Shown here in pieces: positions 48,817 through 58,570 of a stretch of DNA of 64,000 nt. The notes beneath the pieces are model-generated. The model was not told where the DNA came from, did not search any database, and saw nothing but the letters and a program-made list of their open reading frames with translations. The translations under genes were made by a program, and so were the position numbers. Location: IMG/VR virus record IMGVR_UViG_3300009060_000024. The stretch is one strand, 5' to 3'. The DNA comes from an uncultured virus (IMG/VR IMGVR_UViG_3300009060_000024). Taxonomy: Duplodnaviria; Heunggongvirae; Uroviricota; Caudoviricetes. Each line of letters starts with the position of its first letter. Positions within the stretch are counted from its first letter, which is position 1.

Positions 48817-50085
48817 ATGCCTGCACAATTACCAGCTGTATGCTCTGCATGTCACGAGCCTCTTGGAGAACCAGAAGATGAGGTTGAAGGCCCAGAAGAA
48901 GACAAGCCAGATGCCCACTTCAAGATACAGATAAGAAGCGACGGCGAGCAGAGGATGCAATGCCGCGAAACTGGACAGTTGAGCAAGCCTCTTGGACCGG
49001 ACGATGACGATTACCCCCACGACAAATTCGGATCTGAACCAGAACAAGAGCAAGAGAATGTAGAACAGGAAGGCCAAACACATCAGTCTGACACACCTAA
49101 TAAGCAGGGTCAGGTATATGACTTCAAGGAAGACAAATCACCAATTGATTTACTCCAAGAGGTTGTAACAAACCCTAGCTATGGGTTAGACGATGATCAA
49201 ATAAACGAGATAAGAGCTTGGGCGCTGGATTACGACGGACAGCTCCCACCAGACACATTAGAAGACATAGCAGCTCTTATGGAGGGGGTGCAAAAACAGA
49301 CAGCTCAGTTAATGAAGCAGAGGTACGAGCTTAAACTCAATAAGTGGATGGCTGAGCAGCAGTCTGGTGACAGAGGTCCTTCCATTGGCATGTCAAATCC
49401 GTTTGTACGCAGTAACAGTACAAGGATACGTACCCCCGATCCGTCTGTTGGGCCATCGAGAGAGTCTATGATGCAGGCTCAACAGATGGGGCCGCCAGAT
49501 TCGGCCGCTGGCCCATCAAACAGTGACGCTAGAGGATCTCCTGACGATGGCCCCAACAGGCGTGAGAAGAGGAGAAAGGGCAGGCGTCAAGCCGCGTCAA
49601 ATGCGTTTGACACAATGGCAAACAAAGCGGCTGAAAACATAGGCGAGCAGATGGGCACAAACTATGGGAGAGGACAGGACATTGCATTTAGAGTTCTTGA
49701 GGCCAAGGCTCAAAAAGACCCAGATTGGTTCCTTGAAAAAGCACAACAGATTGAGGAGAACTTAGGAATATCAATATGGGACATATTCGAGTCATCGGAT
49801 GCTAAAAAGAGTGAGCAAAACACATCAAGAAGCCAGCCTTCTGTTGATAACGAATCAGATGCCGCTCTTCAAGCAGCAATGAACAGGCCTCCCCAAACAA
49901 ACGGACACAGTAAACCAATACAATCACAACCACCTCAGAATAACGATAATATAAACGGCCAAACAGACGAGATATGGGAAGATGAACAGATGGACGAATT
50001 TGACGACATGTTTGATGACGACATTGAGGATCAAGACCATCAAACAGAAGATGACGAATTTGAGCAAATATTCGGTGATCAATAA
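48817..50085 (+). CDS. hypothetical acidic, partly disordered protein with N-terminal Zn site
   Basis: CSAC; GGAGG SD; D/E-rich C-terminus. Confidence 0.75.
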   Translation: MPAQLPAVCSACHEPLGEPEDEVEGPEEDKPDAHFKIQIRSDGEQRMQCRETGQLSKPLGPDDDDYPHDKFGSEPEQEQENVEQEGQTHQSDTPNKQGQVYDFKEDKSPIDLLQEVVTNPSYGLDDDQINEIRAWALDYDGQLPPDTLEDIAALMEGVQKQTAQLMKQRYELKLNKWMAEQQSGDRGPSIGMSNPFVRSNSTRIRTPDPSVGPSRESMMQAQQMGPPDSAAGPSNSDARGSPDDGPNRREKRRKGRRQAASNAFDTMANKAAENIGEQMGTNYGRGQDIAFRVLEAKAQKDPDWFLEKAQQIEENLGISIWDIFESSDAKKSEQNTSRSQPSVDNESDAALQAAMNRPPQTNGHSKPIQSQPPQNNDNINGQTDEIWEDEQMDEFDDMFDDDIEDQDHQTEDDEFEQIFGDQ

Positions 50086-50438
50086 TGGGATTACTCGACG
50101 GTAACGGCGGGGCTATGAATGACAGAATAGCAGATATACTTGTTAACGTGTTTGACAAGTACGGTATAGACCCAGGAGAGTTAAATGAGAAGATGGACAG
50201 CACCATCGATCTTGTATCAGATCTAAAGCCGTTTCTAGACACCCTGGAAGAGCGCTCCCGTGACCTCACTGACGATATTAAGAGCGTTGAAGATGATATA
50301 AACAACCTTAGAGAATCTACGGAACAATTCAATTTGGTTGCATCAGATCTAAGTGACGATATACAAGAGCTAAACAGAACAATGTCTAATCTTAATAGTA
50401 TGATCGAAGAAGCGGCAGAATCCAAGGGGGATAACTAA
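50085..50438 (+). CDS. coiled-coil protein
   Basis: Heptad pattern. Confidence 0.7.
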   Translation: MGLLDGNGGAMNDRIADILVNVFDKYGIDPGELNEKMDSTIDLVSDLKPFLDTLEERSRDLTDDIKSVEDDINNLRESTEQFNLVASDLSDDIQELNRTMSNLNSMIEEAAESKGDN

Positions 50439-51679
50439 TGACGTGGGCAGTGCTCAGTATTAACAACAAAGGAGGCACTGGTAAGAGTACTGTTACAAAA
50501 ACTCTATCATACGCTCTTCGTGACGAGGGGTATGATGTTGGTGTCATGGATGCTGACATAGATTCAGCAAACCTTGCATCTCGAATGGGATGTGAGGACA
50601 AAGTTACATTTACCGGAGATCATATAATCGAACCCGTTGAACATGACGGAATGAAGATTTACTCCATGGAAAATGCGTTTAGTGAGTCAACGTTCTCACA
50701 AAGCGGGGAGTTCATGGGCGAAGTAATCCACTCCATGATAAATGATTCAAACTGGGGGGATCTGGATTATATGGTAGTTGATTGCCCTCCCGGTTCTTCT
50801 GACGTGTTTGACCAATTAGTGAAGGGGTTAAGGCCGTCTATATTGGGTGCTATATCGGTTGGGATTTCAGATGCAGTTGAAGACACTGCACGACTGGTGA
50901 AAGTGTGTAACCACAACTGGGTTCCTATTATAGGGTTCGTAGAGAACATGAGGGGCATAGTCGCCTTCGACAAGCCGGTTTCTGTTGACAATGAGGGCAA
51001 GGAGAAGACTATTTACCCGTTCGGAAACGGCAAAATAGAGAGGTACGCTGAACAAATCAATGGTAATTACGTAGGCGATATACCCCTTTGTGTACACGGC
51101 TCCAGTATCAATGACCATGCCGACGACACTGTTGCAAATATGGTAAAGGCGGTAGAAGATGCCAGCCCGCCAGAGTTACCAGATGACAACACTGGGAGTG
51201 TGTCTTTCATAAAGAATGTGTGGGGTACAATAAAGGAAGGAATGCAAATGATCAATGATAACTACAATGTCGAGGGGATACAAAACAAGTTCGGAGTCAA
51301 AGGCCGCGATCCTCTGGTCATCTCATTGAAGCTAACCGACGCTGGTGGAATAGCTGGCATTTTCGATGAGATCATACTCACTGTTAACAACGGTGAAATA
51401 AAGATAATGAGGCCGTCGTCTGCGAAGCGCAAAGGGTTGTCAATGGAGGGACGGATGGAGATAACGAGTCAAGACCTGCATGATGCTGTTGTAGGTGAGA
51501 AGAAGGTGATGAGATCTGTTACCGGGGAGATCACAACAGAACCCTATTCCATAACAAAGGCTGTTCAGATGGGAGACGCTAAGATCGAAGGCGACAAAAC
51601 AGTTAACAGATTGGCAGTGCTGGATAAGATAATGTCAGAAGTTGTCGATCCAGACGAGATAAGCAAAGCGGCTGAGTGA
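50438..51679 (+). CDS. Mrp/NBP35-like P-loop NTPase fused to an SCP2-like domain
   Basis: KGGTGKS, DADID, WGDLDYMVVDCPPG, GFVENM; C-terminal AVQMGDAKIEGD. Confidence 0.8.
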   Translation: MTWAVLSINNKGGTGKSTVTKTLSYALRDEGYDVGVMDADIDSANLASRMGCEDKVTFTGDHIIEPVEHDGMKIYSMENAFSESTFSQSGEFMGEVIHSMINDSNWGDLDYMVVDCPPGSSDVFDQLVKGLRPSILGAISVGISDAVEDTARLVKVCNHNWVPIIGFVENMRGIVAFDKPVSVDNEGKEKTIYPFGNGKIERYAEQINGNYVGDIPLCVHGSSINDHADDTVANMVKAVEDASPPELPDDNTGSVSFIKNVWGTIKEGMQMINDNYNVEGIQNKFGVKGRDPLVISLKLTDAGGIAGIFDEIILTVNNGEIKIMRPSSAKRKGLSMEGRMEITSQDLHDAVVGEKKVMRSVTGEITTEPYSITKAVQMGDAKIEGDKTVNRLAVLDKIMSEVVDPDEISKAAE

Positions 51680-51680
51680 T

Positions 51681-51908
51681 TTACGGGTTTGACGTTACAT
51701 CAACGTCATACAGAGTAAACCCGGGTATTGAGCTTTTTCCAGCACTCTGTATAGATGCAACAGATGCGCCACTAAGAGACTTTAGCCTTGCGTTTATCTT
51801 TGCCCTTTGCTTAGCCACCGTCTGGGACACAGCTGGTATCCTGAACACAGTGTGCTGTTTTCCGTTCCTCTGGTACGACTGTTCTACAACTCCGAATATT
51901 TGTGGCAT
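51681..51908 (-). CDS. small basic paralog-family protein
   Basis: FRIPAVSQTVAKQRAK...YDVDV. Confidence 0.65.
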   Translation of the reverse strand: MPQIFGVVEQSYQRNGKQHTVFRIPAVSQTVAKQRAKINARLKSLSGASVASIQSAGKSSIPGFTLYDVDVTSNP

Positions 51909-51919
51909 TTATGTATCAC

Positions 51920-52147
51920 CTAAATAAGTCTGCTTACGATTGTTCCAGGTCTCCACTCATCTACCGCCCTGTCCAACTTGTCTTTTCCATGCTCTTTTGC
52001 CATGTGTTTGGCTACAGGCTCAAGCAGGTGCCCCTCTTTGACCAGCATGTGGAACGTCTTTAAATCATCTTTCTTCATTTCGTCCCACTGTATGTCTGTC
52101 CCGAGTATTTCATTCACCTCGCCGGACAGATCTGCTTTGGTAGCCAT
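51920..52147 (-). CDS. hypothetical protein
   Basis: TKADL...NEILGTDIQW..MKKDDL. Confidence 0.65.
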   Translation of the reverse strand: MATKADLSGEVNEILGTDIQWDEMKKDDLKTFHMLVKEGHLLEPVAKHMAKEHGKDKLDRAVDEWRPGTIVSRLI

Positions 52148-52234
52148 ACAGTTTTATGTTCGGGGGTACACATACATAAATGTGGTGCGACGTTAGAACG
52201 TCTCACAGAAACAACGGAGAGACACCAAAACAAA

Positions 52235-54223
52235 ATGGCATACAACCCTTACGCATCTCAGTCAACGTCACAAGTACAGACGACAAAAAGTACCAGTAGC
52301 GGGTCTATTACAGACCTTACAGTACAGCTTACAGAAACACCTGGAGATCTAAAGATACACTACAGCGTTTCTGGACACCTCGCGGCAAGTATCAATAACG
52401 CACTTGGAACAAACACGACCACAGCTCATTTGGTTGTAACTCTTTCAGGACTGGACAATTTCAAGAGGGCTATAAACAGTAAAGTCTCGTCTGCCCTTTC
52501 AAGTACAACAGGAGTGCCTTCACAATTTTGGGGGAAGGTTGGCGGTGGAGGCTCAATAGGAGGGTCTGTGCCTCGGTCAAGTATATTTGAGAAATCTAAA
52601 CCTCTGGACATAGCAACTGGTGTTCTTCCGGGCACAATAACAAGCACATCTGCCATCGCAGGTAGTCAGGCTAAAACAACAAAGCTGGGACAGGTATCTG
52701 GAAAGTCTACATTGACCGGAGACATAGAAACAACATTTACACCTATAACAATCCCAGTTCCATCTGGTACTAACCTGTCTGACATAATACCACAAGGAGC
52801 ATTGCCAACAATAGAGATTAAAGTAAAGCCAAAGAACCTGTTTTATGTAGTCAGTCAGGGCAACCCCAAACTCACATTCAAATTGTCGCCCGATCTGTTC
52901 ATAAAGACAGAGAATATAAGCAACTATAACTGCACACAGTTATATAAGAGTGTGAGTGGGAACATAGACAGCATAAAATCAAATGTTAACAACCTCGAAT
53001 CAAACATCAACAGCGAGTTAACAACAGCTAAGAATATACGCGACAAGCTTACTAGCGTGGGATCTGGTAAGAGGCTGCATCAACTAAGTATACAGGATGT
53101 TGCAAGCTTAGGCACTAACGAGCTTCAAAACATCAAAACACAGGCACAAGGACTCACGGACCATTCATCTGATATAAACAGGTATGAATCTACCATCAGT
53201 AACATCAAAACCAGTGTGGCTAATGTGGGCCTTGGAAGATGCAATATAACATTCTCTCAGGACTTATCGTCGTTAGACAAGAAGTTAAAGTCCCTCTCAA
53301 ACAAAACAAGCACGGTAAAAGACATTAAGAGCAATGTCGAATCGCTACTCACAAATGTGTCTTCGATAAGCTGCGGTCAAGAATATCCAAACGTACAGCA
53401 GGAGATCCATAACATAACACGGGAGTTCCACAACCTGAACCAATCATCAGCATCTGATATTAAGAAACTCGTAAAAAACATTGACGACACGATAAACTCT
53501 ATCAATACAAATTCAAACATTTCATCGACCTGCGCATCAAAGTTCCTGTCCGATTTGCACACTATACGCAACGAGGTCCAACAGAAGTCAACCACATCAA
53601 CGTCTGGGGCGCTTACATGCTCAGATATACCTTCAAAGTACAGGAGTCCTCTAAGAGGCACTGTTGACACAGTTAAGAACCAGTATGCCAAGCTCAAGCC
53701 AATACAGAGGACGCCTCAAAAGAGGGACCAACTCAAACAGGAGCTTCAAAACGAGATAAGCGCGATAAATAACAACGTTGACTCAAACAACCCGTGCAAA
53801 TCGCAGTTACTCAGTCAAGGACACAACGCCCTTAGCCTTCTTAACTCACTCCCGGTACAGTCTAAGCAGCAACTTCCGTGCAGTGATAGATTCTCATCTG
53901 TGAACAAAGACATACAAAATTACCGCAACACAATAAACAATCTCAGCGCTCCCATAACTCCAAAAGAGTTCCAACAAGTGTCAACGCAGGGTAGCAACGT
54001 TGTGAACAGAATACGGAGTGACGTACCGGCTACAAGCGGATGCCGCACACAATTACTCCAAGAAGTACACTCACTTACTCAAAGGGCGAGTAGACTCACG
54101 GCACGTGTGCGTACAGTTACAGGCGGTTCGTCCTCACGGTCACAAAAACAAAATCAGCAAATACATCAGCTTCTTGGCCAGATACAAGGACTGATAAACT
54201 CATCGCCGCAGACAAGCGGTTAG
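52235..54223 (+). CDS. large S/T/N-rich protein with Cys-bracketed helical repeats (spike/envelope candidate)
   Basis: Four (S/T/N/P)C...helical...C units; non-acidic. Confidence 0.65.
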   Translation: MAYNPYASQSTSQVQTTKSTSSGSITDLTVQLTETPGDLKIHYSVSGHLAASINNALGTNTTTAHLVVTLSGLDNFKRAINSKVSSALSSTTGVPSQFWGKVGGGGSIGGSVPRSSIFEKSKPLDIATGVLPGTITSTSAIAGSQAKTTKLGQVSGKSTLTGDIETTFTPITIPVPSGTNLSDIIPQGALPTIEIKVKPKNLFYVVSQGNPKLTFKLSPDLFIKTENISNYNCTQLYKSVSGNIDSIKSNVNNLESNINSELTTAKNIRDKLTSVGSGKRLHQLSIQDVASLGTNELQNIKTQAQGLTDHSSDINRYESTISNIKTSVANVGLGRCNITFSQDLSSLDKKLKSLSNKTSTVKDIKSNVESLLTNVSSISCGQEYPNVQQEIHNITREFHNLNQSSASDIKKLVKNIDDTINSINTNSNISSTCASKFLSDLHTIRNEVQQKSTTSTSGALTCSDIPSKYRSPLRGTVDTVKNQYAKLKPIQRTPQKRDQLKQELQNEISAINNNVDSNNPCKSQLLSQGHNALSLLNSLPVQSKQQLPCSDRFSSVNKDIQNYRNTINNLSAPITPKEFQQVSTQGSNVVNRIRSDVPATSGCRTQLLQEVHSLTQRASRLTARVRTVTGGSSSRSQKQNQQIHQLLGQIQGLINSSPQTSG

Positions 54224-54408
54224 GTGAGCATATCGCTGTTCACGTCTTCTATTAACGACTCCAGTTCGTCTCCCTTTCTGTCCTTAAGGAATTTAACGCT
54301 TTGTTTTAACACAGCCGACTCGCTCCCAAACACATTTGACATCCTCTCGATCCAATTAGAGAGTCCTTCTTCATCATCTGGAACGTACAGCGTGAATTTA
54401 TCTGTCAT
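54220..54408 (-). CDS. ribbon-helix-helix-like regulator
   Basis: KFTLYVPDD...GSESAVLKQSV. Confidence 0.6.
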   Translation of the reverse strand: MTDKFTLYVPDDEEGLSNWIERMSNVFGSESAVLKQSVKFLKDRKGDELESLIEDVNSDMLT

Positions 54409-54551
54409 GCTTCGGTTGAGTGTTATATTTGCTACTATTTAACCACGTCGCCAAAACTCACCATATCACGCCATGAGGTATACCGACCCACGGTACTTAC
54501 ACAGGTTTAAGTGTAGTCGTCGCATTACTCGTAACTGGAGGAACCGAAATA

Positions 54552-54857
54552 ATGCCGCACATGCTTGGAGAAAACTTCCTTCCAGAATCCGTCCAATCTA
54601 GGCGACGGCAATTCAGGGAGAAGGTTAACAATCTCCGGCAGCCGATCAAAAACTTCAGGGAGAACACAGTTCCCGGACCCAATGTAGTTGGGAAAGCAGA
54701 ATCTCAGCTGCAGGGACTCAAGAACCAGTTCTTCAGTAGAGAGGGGGTTCTTAGCCGTATTAAGAGCTTCCGTTCACAACAGTCTGGAAGTGGCTCGGGC
54801 AGTAGCTCGCAGACACAATCCCAGTCTGGAAGCCAACCAAACACACCTTCAACATAA
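54552..54857 (+). CDS. small basic virion-associated protein
   Basis: R/K-rich, directly upstream of the capsid candidate. Confidence 0.6.
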   Translation: MPHMLGENFLPESVQSRRRQFREKVNNLRQPIKNFRENTVPGPNVVGKAESQLQGLKNQFFSREGVLSRIKSFRSQQSGSGSGSSSQTQSQSGSQPNTPST

Positions 54858-54869
54858 CACAAACTAACA

Positions 54870-55601
54870 ATGTCAGCATCGCCATCTAGCGTACCTCTGG
54901 ACATCTCAAGCACGCTCCAGAACCCAGGTGGAAATTTCACACTCGCACTCCACAGCGACGAGTTCCCAACACAACCGTTCAACCCCCAGGAGGCACAGCT
55001 GTTCCAAGATCAGCTCAACAGCCTCTATGCCGAGCTTGACAGTTCGATTCTCAAGCAGGCGTTCTCTGCACGTGCGGACGTTATCGCAAAGACTGCGACG
55101 TTCGCAAAGGCCCAATTAGACGGTAAGGTTTTCGCCGGCGTTAACGCTGGCGACAACCAGATTGGATTCACTCCAATCCGCCCAGGGCAGATCAGGTCTG
55201 ACCCGGCAACGGGCAACCCCGTCAACGACTGGTATTTCACTCCTTCGAGTGTCGGGTGGAACGACTGGATCGGAAACGGCGCGGGCAACGATTATGCGTT
55301 CGGCGCGAATCAAGTAAGTGTCGTGTTCGGCTTCGTCGATCAGGACGTTACGTCTGAGGCAAGCGCCCTCAACGTTGACTCCTTTGGACGGAACATGGAC
55401 ATGCTTCCGTACAACCTGAGCGACTCGCAGCTCAAGGACAATCAGAACAGTCTTATCTACCAGCCTCTCCCAACCCTCATTGGACAGGAGAACGACAACG
55501 TTCACGTCAGACTCCGGTACGACAGGCAGGCTGAATCACAGCCTCGCCTTCTCGGATTCACATTCGCGCTTGGTGGATTCCTCAACAACGAGGACTACTA
55601 A
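54870..55601 (+). CDS. candidate major capsid protein (jelly-roll-like)
   Basis: Strong C-ending codon bias; helical N-terminus plus beta-rich C-terminus; central in a compact operon. Confidence 0.55.
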   Translation: MSASPSSVPLDISSTLQNPGGNFTLALHSDEFPTQPFNPQEAQLFQDQLNSLYAELDSSILKQAFSARADVIAKTATFAKAQLDGKVFAGVNAGDNQIGFTPIRPGQIRSDPATGNPVNDWYFTPSSVGWNDWIGNGAGNDYAFGANQVSVVFGFVDQDVTSEASALNVDSFGRNMDMLPYNLSDSQLKDNQNSLIYQPLPTLIGQENDNVHVRLRYDRQAESQPRLLGFTFALGGFLNNEDY

Positions 55602-55621
55602 ACACTTAGAGGTGTAGAATA

Positions 55622-55909
55622 ATGCCAGCACCAACACCACTCGTAGCACGGTCAGGACAGCTGCAAGAGACTGACCATGTTAGCGGGCCGAACTCCTACG
55701 CTACAGGCGGTTTCAGCGTTAGGACAAACATCGGAAGAGTAGACAATCAAATTGTCGAGGGTGACAATGCGACATATGAGTTCCGCGCATCTGTTGCAGA
55801 CAACAATGCAATCGTTGTATCTGCATACAGTCAATCAACTGGAACCGAAGTCGCTGCCAACACGGACCTCTCTGGCGTAACCGTGACGTACACTGCGTTC
55901 ATGCAGTAA
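55622..55909 (+). CDS. putative structural protein
   Basis: GAGGTG SD; SYATGG...EVAANTDLS. Confidence 0.65.
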   Translation: MPAPTPLVARSGQLQETDHVSGPNSYATGGFSVRTNIGRVDNQIVEGDNATYEFRASVADNNAIVVSAYSQSTGTEVAANTDLSGVTVTYTAFMQ

Positions 55910-55959
55910 TCGTCACGCAACCCTCCAATTGGCAAACAACACACACAACAATTGCCAAG

Positions 55960-56736
55960 ATGAATCCAGAACAAAGAGATACAAGACTTCTTCAGACAGG
56001 CGACAGAGTAGGACTGAAGTTCAACTCTGGGTGGCTGTTTCTCCAGGTTATCGGAACCGAGTATGTAGAGCTTAAGCCTTGGATTCTCATGAACGAGAAT
56101 CAGAACAGGGCAGCAATAGCTCCACAAACTGCAGGTTACGACGCCGACGAGATTCAGGACCCACTCTCACGAGACCTTCTAGAACCAAACAAGGACAGGC
56201 GGGATGAGGTATTCCAGATTCTGTATGGTGTAGCTCCATCCAGGATGCAGGTGTTCAGACTTTACGGACGTAACCGTAATACGGCACTGGAGAATTATGA
56301 CGCTCCGGGAGATCCTGCGGCATATCTTAACGGATTCGACAGTCCGTATGACAACCCGTCGTCTGTATCTGAACTGTTTTACGTTAATGCAATGTCTCCA
56401 CTCAGGCTTCAAGCCTACAACCCGATGGACGAAGCCAAAGAGGCAAGACTGTCATTCCACGTAAACAAACTCAGGTACAATGTCATTACAAATGAGAATC
56501 TCATGAAGGCTATGCTTCAGGGACAGACACCTGCAAAGCTTACAATGATGGGAGATGGAGTATCTAACTCCGACGAACTTGACGTTCCCGATTGGATCAA
56601 CGAGGCGTTTGGAGACAACATCTACTCAACTAATGAGATACTCACGTACAATGGCGGGAGCAGTGGCAGTGGGGGAAGTAACCCACAGCAAGGGCCACTC
56701 CAACAGAACATATTATCAGGAGGCACTGGGCAATAA
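55960..56736 (+). CDS. putative structural protein
   Basis: 258 aa in the capsid operon; SPYDNPS. Confidence 0.6.
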   Translation: MNPEQRDTRLLQTGDRVGLKFNSGWLFLQVIGTEYVELKPWILMNENQNRAAIAPQTAGYDADEIQDPLSRDLLEPNKDRRDEVFQILYGVAPSRMQVFRLYGRNRNTALENYDAPGDPAAYLNGFDSPYDNPSSVSELFYVNAMSPLRLQAYNPMDEAKEARLSFHVNKLRYNVITNENLMKAMLQGQTPAKLTMMGDGVSNSDELDVPDWINEAFGDNIYSTNEILTYNGGSSGSGGSNPQQGPLQQNILSGGTGQ

Positions 56737-57209
56737 TGCCTCGTGATTCAGAGACCCAATACGAGCAGGATAGGCTTGGCAACGAAAAAGCCAAGCTTGA
56801 CGAACTCCGCGCCCAAGAGGGTAACAGCGGACTTGGGACAAGTGACGGTATAGTAAACATCGGGTCTGCGGATACAGGAGTTTACAAGACCGCTTACTCT
56901 ATCCCGACACACGCATCAAGAGTAATAGCTGTTCAGGTGTGGGGATTCAACAGTGTTGGTTCGGGTAACAACACCTTCACACTTGGAGAGGCAACACTAA
57001 ACGGAACTGGAAGCATAGTATCAACAACTCAGCGCTCTGTTCCAATAGCAGTTGGATCGGGAAGTACGAGAGTTGAGACGTACAAGGGCTTGCCGTTTAC
57101 AAAGGCAATCGCGGTCAGTTCAGAGTTCCAAGGTCAGGTTGGAGTTGCTGTAATATCTGACCATGACCGCGAAGACGACACAGCTGTTGAAGTTACTCAG
57201 ACGCCATAG
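56736..57209 (+). CDS. putative structural beta-sandwich protein
   Basis: 157 aa, beta-rich. Confidence 0.55.
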   Translation: MPRDSETQYEQDRLGNEKAKLDELRAQEGNSGLGTSDGIVNIGSADTGVYKTAYSIPTHASRVIAVQVWGFNSVGSGNNTFTLGEATLNGTGSIVSTTQRSVPIAVGSGSTRVETYKGLPFTKAIAVSSEFQGQVGVAVISDHDREDDTAVEVTQTP

Positions 57210-57298
57210 TAACATCGGCATCTGAACAACTGCCTTTTTGGCATCGGTAGTTTTATTTTATAGTCGTTCCTAACGTCGGTAGGAGCGTAAAACAAACA

Positions 57299-58570
57299 AT
57301 GCGCATTCTCTGGCACAGTGCCGCACCTTGGGTCAACACTGGATATGGACATTGCACAAGAGAGATCGTCACGAGACTTCAGAAAAGAGGACACGATATT
57401 GCTGTCAAGCCACTTGGAGCTGTTACTAAAGGACCGTTCTGGTGGCATGGTGAGGAATCACCAGTAGAATTAGATGAGCCTATAAAGATTTATGATGCGG
57501 GTCAGGCATTTGGTTTGGATACCACCACTGACAACTTCTCAGATTTTAACGCTGATCTTTACTTCACTCATTTCGATACATGGATTGGGCCAGCTCGTAA
57601 TACAATCCCCAACATGGGAATACCATATGCGAGCTATGTGATCGTTGATCACTACCCAGTTCCAAATGCTGTTGTGGAGCAAGTCCAAAACGCACAAAGA
57701 GTAGTCGCAATGTCTCAATATGGCAAGGCGGCTCTGAGAGAGAAAGGAACACCATCGAGAACTATAACTCACGGCATAGACCCCGATGTTCAAAAGCCAT
57801 TAACGGGCGATGACAAACCATCTGTCATACACACTCAAGACGAATCAGGTGAGATTAAGGACGTAGACCTCGATGAAACATTCGTTGTTGGTATGGTAGC
57901 AGCTAACCATGGAGACAGGAAACATATACCTGGTCACATGGAGGCATTTAAAATGGTGCTGAGAGAGATTGATGAAGATGCCATAATGTACATCCATACA
58001 GATGCCAACCCGAACGAAGGGCATAACCTAAATGAGGTGAGGAAAGAGATAGGTCTTCCTCAAGAGAATGTAGTGTGGCCCAGTAATGAAATGTACCATG
58101 GAATATCTGACTCAATGCTTAACAAATGGTACAATTCGTTCGACGTGTTCGTAAATTGTTCGTATGGAGAATCGTGGGGCATGTGCGTCACAGAAGCCAT
58201 GGCTGCTGGACTGCCAGTGATTGTATCTAACTTCAGTTCAATGCCAGAGCAGATAACTAACGACGACAATAATCTAGAAGATATTACAATCACAGGACCT
58301 AGAACATATGGGGGCATAAAAGAGGCTGATCACGGCATAGCTGTCGATCCTGTCGTCGGAGTGTTCAGAGCAAGAGTTTCTGCAAAGCAGTTCATAGTAC
58401 ATCCCAAGGACATAAAGGATGCCATAATGTACTATTACAACAACCCAGACATTGCACATGAGCATGGCGAAAAGGCTAGGGAATACGCTGTCAACAATTA
58501 CACATGGGAGGATCATGTAGTGCCAAAATTCGATAAGATGTTCAGTGATATGGAGGCTGAATTACAATGA
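57299..58570 (+). CDS. GT4 (GT-B) glycosyltransferase
   Basis: TGYG, HGID, ESWGMCVTEAMAAGLPVI. Confidence 0.92.
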   Translation: MRILWHSAAPWVNTGYGHCTREIVTRLQKRGHDIAVKPLGAVTKGPFWWHGEESPVELDEPIKIYDAGQAFGLDTTTDNFSDFNADLYFTHFDTWIGPARNTIPNMGIPYASYVIVDHYPVPNAVVEQVQNAQRVVAMSQYGKAALREKGTPSRTITHGIDPDVQKPLTGDDKPSVIHTQDESGEIKDVDLDETFVVGMVAANHGDRKHIPGHMEAFKMVLREIDEDAIMYIHTDANPNEGHNLNEVRKEIGLPQENVVWPSNEMYHGISDSMLNKWYNSFDVFVNCSYGESWGMCVTEAMAAGLPVIVSNFSSMPEQITNDDNNLEDITITGPRTYGGIKEADHGIAVDPVVGVFRARVSAKQFIVHPKDIKDAIMYYYNNPDIAHEHGEKAREYAVNNYTWEDHVVPKFDKMFSDMEAELQ

